A model generated the notes under the pieces. It was not told the origin of the DNA. It ran no database searches and saw only the letters and a program-made list of their open reading frames with translations. A stretch of DNA of 64,000 bases from Calditrichia bacterium (GTDB taxonomy: Bacteria; Calditrichota; Calditrichia; JAJRVZ01), in assembly GCA_963796965.1 (NCBI GenBank), contig CAWCNS010000011.1, positions 752,262-816,261 on the forward strand, given 5' to 3'. The stretch's first letter is position 1; every line of letters starts with the position of its first letter. The translations under genes were made by a program, and so were the position numbers. Positions 41,192-52,174 of this stretch are shown here, one piece after another.

Positions 41192-41369
41192 CCGCAAGGA
41201 CGCAAAGAAGGCGCAAAGCACGCTAAGATTTTAAGATCAAATTTTGGGAATCTATACTTAAATCTTAGATGCTGAAACAAGTTCAGCATGACGACTAAGA
41301 TGCGCTATGCTTTGTGATTTGTTAGGAAAATATCTTTGCGTGCTTTGCGCCTTCTTTGCGTCTTTGCGT
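41192..41369. repeat. Periodic CGCAAAG/CTTTGCG inverted repeat (best copy) with nested palindrome
   Basis: Left arm 41192-41229 and right arm 41332-41369 match 35/38 as reverse complements; internal palindrome 41267-41292. Confidence 0.9.
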
Positions 41370-41480
41370 TTAAATTATTGATATTGCATTTATTTTATAC
41401 TTCCTGGATCAAAATTGCAAATCGACCATTGGGATTTTTTTTAAAACTTATGTAAATTGCCCACCAATTAAAAACTAAGT

Positions 41481-42244
41481 ATGGAACATATTATGTCTGT
41501 TTATAATAGTCTTTTAACATCCTATGAAAATAACAAAGCGGGTTATTGGGTATTAATTGATCCCGATGATTTACCCGTAGACAAAATCCCTTCCTTTATG
41601 GAACGACTTAAAAAAAGTGACGTTGATATTATTCTCATTGGCGGGAGCCTAATTATCAATTCCGATTTTGAGCATTTTGTAGGAGAGATTAAAAATCATT
41701 CAGGGTCTATACCGGTTGTCCTTTTCCCTGGAGGTGCTTACCAGGTGAGCCCTCAGGCCGATGCCATCTTATTTTTGTCTTTATTGAGTGGTCGCGAAGC
41801 CTATCACCTTATTTCAAACCAAGTCATGGCAGCGCCAATAGTCCACAGAAGCAAACTTGAGCCTATATCGACCGCCTACATGCTTGTCGAATCGGGGAAG
41901 CCTACTTCGGCTCAATTTATGAGTGGTACCACACCTCTTCCAAGGGATAAACCCGATATTGCCGTCGCCCATGCTTTGCAGCCCAATATCTGGGATTTAA
42001 GTTAATTTACCTGGAAGCAGGAAGCGGCGCGGAATTATCGGTTCCCGAAGAAATGATTGCTGCTGTGTCCAGAACCGTTGATATTCCATTGATTATAGGT
42101 GGGGGAATCCAAACACCCGAGCAAGCGGCAGCCAAAGTGGCCGCCGGGGCTTCTTTTATCGTAACGGGGAACATTCTTGAAAATAACCATCAGCAGAACT
42201 TGATTTCCGCATTTGCTGATGCAGTTCACAATACACAATCTTAG
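41481..42244 (+). CDS. Geranylgeranylglyceryl/heptaprenylglyceryl phosphate synthase homolog, frameshift near 41980
   Basis: LIDPDD, IGGS, LFPG, ADAILFLSLLSGR, STAYMLV; after the shift YLEAGSGA and PLIIGGGI, IVTGN. Confidence 0.9.
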
Positions 42245-42653
42245 CTCACATCTAAAAATTTCGAATATGATGCTATTTTTCCCGAAATATTTGATTTTTT
42301 TAGCAAAAATTTTACTAAACGAGATAATGATTTTCTCGCAAAGACGCTCCCGATAAATATGTCGTCATCCAGACGACTTATCCGGGATAAAATCATCAAT
42401 GATTTCAAAATATGCAAAGAATTATATAATTTTAAATATTTTTAATTCGTGAAATTCGTCAAAATTCGTGATAATTTGTGGATAAGTTATTTTTGATTGC
42501 AGCGTAGTGCCGCAGTATGATTTTATTGAGATAGAATGTGTTCTTCATCAATAAATGTGATGATCAAACTTTTCATATTTCCCATGAGCGAGAAAAAACG
42601 CCGATATATTTACAAAACCGGCTGAGCGGACAGGATATATCCATAATGAAAAA

Positions 42654-43300
42654 ATGACAAAAAAGAACGCCTTAATCATTTTTATTAAAACACCGTTTCC
42701 CAATCAGGTTAAAACACGTTTGCAGCCACAGATATCAGGTGAAGATTCAGCACGACTCTATAGTGCGTTCCTCAGGGATATTGACAATCATTTTACTGGA
42801 AATGATACCTTTGATTGCTGGTATGCTATTTCTCCAGAAAGATTTGACCAGAATAACTTAGCAGATCTGGTCACTCTTTCAAATTATTATTTGCAGAATG
42901 GATTGGATCTTGGTGAGCGGATGGCGAATGCCTTTGAATATCTTTTTAATAAAGGCTATGAGAAGATTATACTCATGGGAAGTGATGTTCCAACACTTAC
43001 AGTCGACACGATTGTTGAATCATTCGGATTGCTTAACACCTCCGACTGTGTATTAGGACCAGGTTTTGATGGCGGCTATTATTTAATTGGGATGAAAAAA
43101 TTGTATTCATGAAATTATTTAAGGATATTGCCTGGAGCACCTCTAGCAGTATTTGATGAAACAATGACACGTATAGCCGGAAATGATATTTCAGTCAACA
43201 CTTTGAATCCTATGAGAGATATTGACACCTTTGAAGAATTAAAAAAATTGTATCAGGGACTTCAGAGAGCAGATAAAAAATCACGCAGATTTCCCTAGCC
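42654..43300 (+). CDS. TIGR04282/DUF2064 (CofC-like) transferase, frameshifted near 43105-43145 (end approximate)
   Basis: VKTRL, QNGLDLGERM, GSDVP, LGPGFDGGYYLIG; continues in other frames as IAWST...RDIDT. Confidence 0.8.
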
Positions 43301-43558
43301 ATACCTGGGAAGTATGTATTGGAACTGATTTGCTAAAGACACGTAATCGTCCCGCGAGCAAATAGAAAATATTTCGCAAAGAATCCAAGGCGCAGAATTA
43401 AAATAATTAAAGACACAAATTGATTTAAAAATTCCAGGATATCAGTTAACAATTTATATTTAGTAAATTTGTTATTATTTATTTTGTATTAATCATTTCG
43501 GCTTTGCGGCTCTGCGAGAAATAAAAAAATAACATATAAGCAAGATGAAGGAGAATAA

Positions 43559-44498
43559 ATGAGTATGAATTATTTGGTAACCGGCGGTGCCGGATTTATA
43601 GGATCAAATATTGCCGAAACATTGGTAAAAAATGGCGAGAATGTAAGGGTGATTGATAATTTCCTAACAGGCAAACCTGAAAATATGCAATCCATTTAAA
43701 GATAAAATAGATTTTATTGAGGGAGATATCCGTTCGCAGGAGACAATGAAAAAAGCGGTTGAAGATATTGATTATATTATTCATCAGGCGGCCCTGCCTT
43801 CAGTACCAAAATCAGTTGATCTTCCTCTGGAAAGCAATGACCACAATATCAACGGCACTCTTAATGTCTTATACGCGGCCAAAGAGGCTAAGGTTAAACG
43901 GGTTGTTTATGCGGCCTCCTCTTCAGCCTATGGTGATCAACCGCAATCGCCCAAAGTGGAGACCATGCGTCCTATGCCCCTTTCACCTTATGCCGTAAAC
44001 AAGTTAACCGGTGAATATTACTGTGCCGCATTTACAAAGGTTTATGGTCTGGAAACAGTGGCTTTAAGATATTTTAATGTATTTGGTCCCCGTCAGGATC
44101 CAACCTCATTTTATTCTGCCGTAATCCCCAAATTTATTTCTGCTCTTTTAAAAGATGAAGCCCCAACCATCTTTGGTGATGGTGAGACAAGCCGGGATTT
44201 TACTTATATTGATAATGTGGTTCACGCTAATCTGTCTGGCCTGTAAAGCGCCTAATGCTGCCGGAACGGTTTATAATACTGCCTGCGGTGAAAGCGTGAC
44301 CTTAAATCAACTATATGAAGGCATCCAAAAGATCCTTGGAAAATCTATTGCGGCGAGTATGCTGATGCCCGTATAGGCGATGTCAAACATTCCCTTGCCG
44401 ATATATCAAAAGCCAAAGAGGTTCTTGGTTATGAAGTATTCGTACCCTTTGAGGAAGGATTAGAAAAAACCGCCAACTGGTTTGTCGAGAATCAATAA
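43559..44498 (+). CDS. NAD-dependent nucleotide-sugar epimerase (WbpP-like), several frameshifts
   Basis: [47 protein letters not shown]. Confidence 0.9.
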
Positions 44499-44656
44499 TA
44501 ATTTGAACTTTGCCGAAATATTTTATACAATCGTTTTTGCCCAGCCAACCATTTAAAAGAAATCTACATCGTACAATGTAGAGGCCTGGCGATCGGCCAC
44601 GACAAACATCGTTATTCACTAAAATTAATAATTTATACAAAGAGTGTAAATAAACT

Positions 44657-45622
44657 ATGAATATTTTAATTACCGGTGCAGCAGGATTTATTGGATCTCA
44701 TTTATCTGAGGATTTAGCCAAAGGAGGACATAAAATCTTCGGAATTGATAGTTTTACAGACTATTATAAATATGAACTCAAATCTCAAAATCGCGATAGC
44801 ATATGCAGGCATGGCGTTGATTTTCAAAGGTCGACCTCGTAACAGACGATCTATCGCCTGTACTTGAAGATATCGAAATAATCTATCATCTTGCTGCTCA
44901 GCCCGGCATTTCTGCCTCTACGCCATTTCAATTATATCTCCAGAATAATATCATCGCCACCCATCGATTAGTAGAAGCAGCTTTACAGTCACCTTCGCTA
45001 AAGTTGTTTGTAAATATATCAACCTCTTCGGTATACGGTGCTGGCGCTACCGGTGATGAATTAACAGAAACCAGACCAACATCTTATTATGGTGTGACAA
45101 AACTGGCCGCAGAACAATTGGTAATGGCAGCCAATCGCGACAAGGATCTTCCGGCTTGCTCCATGAGATTGTTTTCAGTTTATGGGCCACGCGAGCGTCC
45201 GGAAAAACTTTATCCCCGCTTAATTGATGCTATTTTAAATAAAAAAATATTCCCCTTATTTGAGGGAAGTAAAAACCACATTCGCAGACTATACCTATAT
45301 TGATGATATTATCCTCGGTTTAGAAGCAATCCTTAAGAATATTGATCGCTGTAAAGGGGAGATTATTAATCTTGGAACTGATCAGACAATTTCCACAGGG
45401 GAAGGAATTGAAATTGTTGAAAAAATTATGGGTAAATCTGCAAGTATAAAAATAAGGCAAAGACGACCGGGAGACCAGGAGAAAACCCACGCTAACATTG
45501 AGAAGGCCCGAAAAATACTAAACTATAATCCCACCGTTGAAGCTGCAGAAGGCCTTGCAAAAGAAGTAGATTGGTATCAAAACAATATTTATAAAAAAAT
45601 TGAATTATATTCAGATCAATAA
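44657..45622 (+). CDS. NAD-dependent epimerase/dehydratase (UDP-glucuronate epimerase-like), frameshifted
   Basis: TGAAGFIG, HLAAQPG, STSSVYG, YGVTK, VYGPRERP, RPGDQ across three ORF pieces. Confidence 0.88.
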
Positions 45623-45740
45623 CCCCGATTCAGCCTTTGAATAATACCAGTTTTCTATTGTATATTTCAACTGTTTCCAAATTATATCATCATAACTCAA
45701 TAACATTTCAGAGATAATTGGAAGTTTAATCAATAATCAT

Positions 45741-46875
45741 ATGAAAATTTTATTCCTGATAAATTCACTGCAAAGAAATGGTGCTGAACGGATTGCCCTG
45801 GCTCTGCTTGCTTATTTATCAGAAAATATAACGCAGGATACATATATTTTATATACTCTGGAAGATACGGACAATCCTCTTTCTGTTCCGCCCGGTATCG
45901 AGCATTTCCATGGTTACAAGGACGTAACATCGAATTCCTTTAAGTTTTTTGTTTTACCTCTTCATGCTCTGCGTCTGAGAAAATTAATAAAGAAAAAAAA
46001 AATTGATTCAGCTATCAGTTTTTTGGGTCGTGCAAATTACGTAAACCTTTTGACCAGAATGATGAGATCAAAACACCACTGCATCATCAGTGAAAGGAAT
46101 ATTCCGAGCCTCATATATAACACTAATAATATACCAGATGTGTTAAACCGTTTTCTCAAGCGATGGTTGTATCCTTATAGCGATACAATAATTGCTATTT
46201 CTCAGGGCGTAAAAAAAGATCTTATTAATAATTTTGGCATATCAGAAAAGAAAATTTCCGTCATATATAATCCACTAAATATTGATGAAATTGAAAAAAA
46301 ATCATTAGCGCCAGTAGATAATAAATGGCTAAAAGCGAAAGATAAAAAAATTATTATCACCGTTGGCCGGTTAGAAAAACCAAAAAACCAGCAAATGTTG
46401 ATGCACGCTTTCAAAAAGGTTATAAAATCATTACCCCAATCTCGTCTGATCATCATCGGGGAAGGCTCACTTAGAGTACCACTTTTAGATTTGGCCAAAA
46501 ATCTTGGAATTAATTCAGGAATTGATTTGGTAGGATACCAGAATAATCCCTACGCCTATCTGAGTAAAGCCGATCTTTTTGTGCTATCATCCAGCAGCGA
46601 AGGATTTGGGAATGTCATCCCTGAAGCCATGGCTTGTGGCTGTCCGGTGATATCAACCGACTGCCCCTCCGGGCCCGGAGAGATCATAACAAATGGTAAA
46701 GATGGAATTTTAATAGCAGTTGATGACGTCGAAAAAATGAGTAAAAGCTATTATTTCTCTCCTCGATGATAATAAAAGCAGGGAGGACTTGATAATAAAC
46801 GCCAGGGAAAGAGCTGCCGATTTCAAACTATCTTTAATCGCTAAGAAATATTATGAAAAATTATTAATAAATTAA
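45741..46875 (+). CDS. GT4 glycosyltransferase (PglJ-like), frameshift near the 3' end
   Basis: GAER, VGRL..PKN, SEGFGNVIPEAMACG. Confidence 0.9.
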
Positions 46876-46946
46876 TAGAATAAGCGAGATATATTAGGGC
46901 AAGAGAATATAACTAACGGGCAATATTTTTAAAAATCACCTATTAA

Positions 46947-48565
46947 ATGCAGAATACCAATAAACAGAATATTCATAAAATATTTTCTTCTTCAGTATCC
47001 TATTCTTCTGAAGAAATAAAACTTGACTCAGGTATAATTATATGGATATCACAGACTTGTATAAAAATTATAATACCCTTTGCCACACTCGGCAGCTTGT
47101 TTTATAAAATCAGTGATAATGTGCTCGAGATCAGTAATGATCTGAGGATGCTTTACACAGGCAAAGAAGTCCTTGATTCAGCTGGAATAAACTCACTCCT
47201 AATCTTTGGGGCAGTAGTCCCTCCCCTTTCACCTTTTAAGAATATAAAATCTTTTATACCTGGATTTAAATATGAAATAAATCCAAATACATTTGAAATA
47301 AAGTCTGAGATAGACTGTCATTGGTCCATCCCTAAAAAAGAAGATTTTAATATGAATATGGATGACCAGGTTTTATATTTAACAAACAGATTAAATAATG
47401 CACTCAAAGATATTTGTCCGGAAATGAATCCAATTGTATTATTTAGTGGCGGGATCGATTCTAGTGTCATGGCATTGATAATCAAGGAGATGGGCTGGTA
47501 TGATGCCTCCTATTTGCATTACACTTTTGGTAAAGATGATAAAGAAACTATAATTTCTAAGAAAATTGCGGCCTTCCTTGATATCAGTATAGATATCGTT
47601 CCGGGTGATCCGAAGATAGGTTTCAGTCTGTTTACAAAGGGCCGCGGAGATATTTCAGGAACCATTTTGTAATCATGGGGCTGTTCAATCATTTTCTCTG
47701 GCTCATGCAATAATTTCAACTTACTCTAACGATCGAATTATAATAGATGGTACAGGTGCAGATGGTATTTTTGGTATTTTTGGAGATATTAAGAAATCAT
47801 CTGTTTTGTATAAACTACCCCGGGGAATCAGAAAATCTATTGGTTCCCTCTACAGTGTATCTTGGCCTTTGGGAGAATGCCACAAAGTTTGAGTATTTTA
47901 TCAGGTTACTGAGACGCTCAGCCGCTTTTTCAAGTGTACCAAATTTTATTGCCTACAATCCACTTTTCAATATTAGTTACAATGTATCTTCTGAGGATCT
48001 ATTGCTTATTGGTAATTTATGCGAAGAATGGATGCAGGCAGTCTCACGCTCCAAGGAAGAGATGGAAACTATCCCCCTTCTTGATACCGCTTTATTTAAT
48101 ATAAAAAGATCTGTACCAAAATTAGCCCCTATTCTCAAAAATGACAATTTTCAAATTTCATTTCCTTTTATGAGAAAAGAAATCATTGATTTCGCTCTAA
48201 ATCATGCAAGATATTGGCCTGGAAGCACCTACCCGAAAAAGGCGTTAAAACATTTACTAGCAACCAAAGTACCTCCAGAACTCGTTTATAGAAAAAAACA
48301 GGGCTTTTTAGGCCCTCTTACAGAAAAATTTGCCCATCCGATATTTTTAAGTCATCTAGATCAAGTTTTAGAAACAGGTTCACCTTTATTTGAATTTATC
48401 GATAAAAAAACCGTGTCGAAAATGAAAGATCTTCTGGTTTCTCAACAAAATCTTGCTTTACAAACCTATAATTTTTTATGGGCAATTACATTTACAAATA
48501 CCTGGATAACTCAATTGAAAGAAGATCATGAGCGAATAAAAAATAATATTCAAGTTATCCATTAG
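46947..48565 (+). CDS. Asparagine-synthase-like amidotransferase, frameshifted
   Basis: FSGGIDSS PP-loop, DGTGADG, PF, KKALK...VYRKKQGF. Confidence 0.75.
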
Positions 48566-48659
48566 CTGACGGCCGGGTTACAAGTTTTGTATCACACCAT
48601 TATTAGATTTAAATTCCACACGCTATTATATAATTTCCGTATCATAAATTAAATCACAC

Positions 48660-50036
48660 ATGAAAATAATTACAAAAATTAAAAATAGCACCTTTGCGAT
48701 CAATGTAATCAAACTGATTTCTGGCACTGCTTTAGGTCAGTCAATCATTGTTTTTGCTGCTCCTCTGCTTACCCGCTTATATTCACCTGATGATTTTGGA
48801 ATTCTGGCAGTGTATGTCTCTATCGTATCCATTCTATCTGTAATAATCAGTCTCAGATATGAATCGGCAATTATTTTGCCAAAGGATGATAAAAAAGCAC
48901 AGGACCTTGTTCTTCTTTCCCTTGGGATTGCCTTTGGATTTAGCCTTTTACTTCTACTTATCACTTTCATTTTCAACGAATCCCTAACAGAATTCATCGG
49001 CATCCCTGAATTTAGTTTTTATCTCTATCTGATTCCGCTTAGCACATTATTCTATGGCAGTTTTCAAACTTTAAGTTTCTATCTTACACGGAAACAACAA
49101 TTTAACCAATTGGCAGTGGCTAATACCCTAAAAGGATTTAGTACGGCGGGCACACAAATTACCTACGGGGTGGTGACCCATCCAGGGGCTTTTGGCTTGA
49201 TTATGGGACAGATTGCCGGGAATGGTTTTGCCTCTCTCATGTTATTTCGAACTTCCTTCTTCGAACTCCTAAAACGTATAACCCCGGAGATCAAAACAAA
49301 TTTGAGAATGGTATTAGTTGAGTATAAACTCTTTCCCCTGTTTACAAGTTCAACCACTCTGATCAATGCTATTTCCCAAAATATACCTGCCTTACTGCTC
49401 GCTTTGCTTTTCTCACCTGCTATCGCTGGTTTTTATGCGGTTGCCGCCCGTGTATTAATGGTACCCATCGGATTAATCGGGAATTCTGTACGACAAGTCT
49501 ATTATCAAAGAGCCTCGGAAATATTTAATCAAGGGGATTCATTATTCCCTCTATATAAAAAAATGACCATGAATCTGGCATTAGTTGGAATTATACCTGC
49601 AGGGATCATTTTAATTTTAGGTGAAAATATCTTTAGTTTTGTACTAGGGAATTCCTGGGGAGAGGCCGGCATTTATGCCTCAATTATTACACTTTGGCAA
49701 TATTTTGGCTTTATAAACCGACCAAGCGTAGCCAGCCTTCTCATATTAAAATTAAATCACATACAATTAATCATGGATTCGATTTCATTCATCTTAAGAT
49801 TAGGTGCTATTCTGGCCGGTGCGCTTATATTTAAGGATATCTACATCACACTCGGATTATTTACATTCGTAGGGATAATGTTTAATTTATCTCTTATTAG
49901 CTATGTTTATTTTAAATTACATAAAGAGCACATGATCAAAAGTAAAAAGCAAAAAGTTAAAAGTAAGGGGATTTTTTATTTAAAATTTATGATCTTTTTT
50001 CCTTTTTCATTTTTACTTTTATCTTTTTACTTATGA
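48660..50036 (+). CDS. Wzx-type oligosaccharide flippase
   Basis: PLLTRLYSPDDFG, LRYESAI, about 12 TM helices; the last ~35 codons are translated repeat DNA. Confidence 0.9.
   Translation: MKIITKIKNSTFAINVIKLISGTALGQSIIVFAAPLLTRLYSPDDFGILAVYVSIVSILSVIISLRYESAIILPKDDKKAQDLVLLSLGIAFGFSLLLLLITFIFNESLTEFIGIPEFSFYLYLIPLSTLFYGSFQTLSFYLTRKQQFNQLAVANTLKGFSTAGTQITYGVVTHPGAFGLIMGQIAGNGFASLMLFRTSFFELLKRITPEIKTNLRMVLVEYKLFPLFTSSTTLINAISQNIPALLLALLFSPAIAGFYAVAARVLMVPIGLIGNSVRQVYYQRASEIFNQGDSLFPLYKKMTMNLALVGIIPAGIILILGENIFSFVLGNSWGEAGIYASIITLWQYFGFINRPSVASLLILKLNHIQLIMDSISFILRLGAILAGALIFKDIYITLGLFTFVGIMFNLSLISYVYFKLHKEHMIKSKKQKVKSKGIFYLKFMIFFPFSFLLLSFYL
49936..50031. repeat. Heptamer-period hairpin at the end of wzx
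   Basis: tcaaaag-taaaaag-caaaaag-ttaaaag ... ctttttc-cttttc-atttttactttta-tctttttac. Confidence 0.8.
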
Positions 50037-50073
50037 AGATTTTCCTGGATCATAAAATAAAGGTTATAAATAG

Positions 50074-51328
50074 ATGGATAAATTAGCTAAAATAGATAAC
50101 ATCCTTTCCTCTCGGTCAAATCGGGATATATAGTTTTGCCCTGTTTGCTCCTCTTTCTATTGCCTTTTCTCAAATCAGTATCGGCATTACCATCTTTGGC
50201 TGGATCCTTATCATAGCGCAAAACAGGTCCTTTCGCTGGAGAAAAACACCCCTGGACATTCCAATTCTTCTATATATTTCCGTTCAGTTTATCGCAGCCT
50301 TATTTTCACAGGATGTGCTCATCGGTATTAGGGTATGGTTGAATACCGATTGGTTTATTCTTTTCTGCTATGCGGTTATTCATCTGATCGACGATGAAAA
50401 GCAATACAAGAACATAATCATTCTGCTAGCCATATCAGGAAGTATCAGTGCTATCTATGGCATCATTCAACATTTTGATGGTGTTGATTACCTTCGGGGA
50501 ATGAAGAGTCTAATCATCTATGGAAACTTCTATCGTGCCATTGGATTTTTTGATCTTCCTCTGACCTACGGTGGTGTTCAACTTTGCCTGTTCTGGCTTT
50601 TATTACCCTTCTTTTTTATCAAACAAAAACTGCTGGATAAGAGAGTTCTTTTTATCATTATCACGTTACTTTTGCTTTCTATATTTGCCAGTTATGCCCG
50701 CAGTGCCTGGTTAGGCCTCGGAGCAGCCTTTATTTTTCTTTTGTTCTTCCTTGATCGGAAATACATCATTTCTTTGATCGGGGCTGGCGTGGCAGGCATT
50801 ATCCTGATCTATTTTTTGCATCCGGATCTCTTATTTAACAAAGGTCTATTCTCCATGTTTGATATGTCCGAAACCGCCCATTATAATAATCGGGTTCGGA
50901 TGCATTTATGGCAAACCGCCATAAACCTGATAAAGGATAATTGGTTTCTCGGAATCGGATATAGCCACTTTACTGAAATCGAAAATCTATATAAAATACC
51001 CTTTGATTACAGAGGTTTAGGTAGTCCCCATAATATATATTTAAAAGTGATGTGCCATTCTGGCATCTTAGGCGGGCTCGTCTTTATAAATGTTTGGATT
51101 CAATATCTGAAATCAATTTATATGGGACTAAAACCGGATTTTTTAAAGAATCTCAACCTATACCGGGCAGGGAGCATTGGTAGTTTTTTTGCCGTTTTTT
51201 CATTGTTGATTGGTGGACTCGCCCAGGAGTTTTACTACGATCATGAAAATGCGGAATTATGGTGGTTTATTGTTGCCCTGGGAATGTCAGGTCTTCTAAA
51301 AATTAAGGCAAGTAAAAAAGAAATCTAA
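50074..51328 (+). CDS. O-antigen ligase/polymerase-family membrane protein (early frameshift ~50110)
   Basis: YGIIQ, RAIGFF, ARSAWLG, RMHLW..A..LIKD...GIG, PHNIYL. Confidence 0.85.
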
Positions 51329-51475
51329 TTTAGCCAGGAATTTATTAGCCACAAAGTCTCTAAGACACAAAGTTAAAAAACTTAATGATTTGATTGCAGA
51401 TTAGTGCTGCGGAATGCTCTCGTAGCCATAATCTTTGTTATTTTATCAGAGTTTTTACTAGTTGAGAATATTTTT

Positions 51476-51683
51476 ATCTCGCAGAGAGGCAAAGGTTTAT
51501 TATTAAAATAATTTATGTCACTGTTTAAAAATATATAAGTAAAAGTGTAAAAGATATATTATTTTTTTATCATCCTGAAAGGATCTTCCCACTTGCCGAG
51601 ATTTTCTTTACGCGGAGGAAGATCCCTTCGGGATGACAGAGTAAAGTAGAACAAAACTCTGCGTCTTTGCGCCTTAGCGAGAG
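51476..51683. repeat. CGCAGAG/CTTTGCG arms enclosing a second palindrome
   Basis: tctcgcagagaggcaaag (51477) ... ctctgcgtctttgcgccttagcgaga (51657); inner tcatcctgaaaggatcttcc...ggaagatcccttcgggatgac (51570-51637). Confidence 0.8.
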
Positions 51684-51772
51684 ATATTAAAAAATATTTG
51701 ATTGTAGCATCGCTGTGTTATGAATAGATCATGTTAAATAGTGTTCTATTATATGAATATATCCGAAATGCA

Positions 51773-52174
51773 TCATTTAAAAATAAAATTCTTTCTCATC
51801 AGATAATTCCAAAGAAATACAGCAATTCCTGCCAATACCTTTCCGGTCATCTTTTCCATATGCACTAAATCAATGAATAGATAGAGAAATGCTAAATGTA
51901 AAAACAAACCCACTAAACTGACAACATAGATCCAAAATATTTCAACACGCTTTGTAAATCGTACCTTGCTTTCAAAAACATATTTTATACTGAGGACGTA
52001 GTTTAGTAGAGTAGCGAGAATAAAACCAAGTCCTCCTACCCACAAATAATTAAATCCCTTTATTTTTGCCAGGAAGAGAAATATCAACAGATCTAATAAG
52101 GCAGAAATCCCACCCACAAAAAAGTATCGAACTATTTGTGATGATTTTAGTGGAGAAAATGCCCTAGTTATCAT
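51773..52174 (-). CDS. GtrA-family bactoprenol-sugar translocase
   Basis: RYFFVGG, NYVLS.KYVF, WNY..RK.FIF; 4 TM helices. Confidence 0.88.
   Translation of the reverse strand: MITRAFSPLKSSQIVRYFFVGGISALLDLLIFLFLAKIKGFNYLWVGGLGFILATLLNYVLSIKYVFESKVRFTKRVEIFWIYVVSLVGLFLHLAFLYLFIDLVHMEKMTGKVLAGIAVFLWNYLMRKNFIFK

Noticed and set aside
43105..43115. In-frame TGA in the TIGR04282 gene as selenocysteine or recoding
   Set aside because: The homologous sequence continues in a different frame (LFKDIAWST), so this is a frameshift, not read-through.
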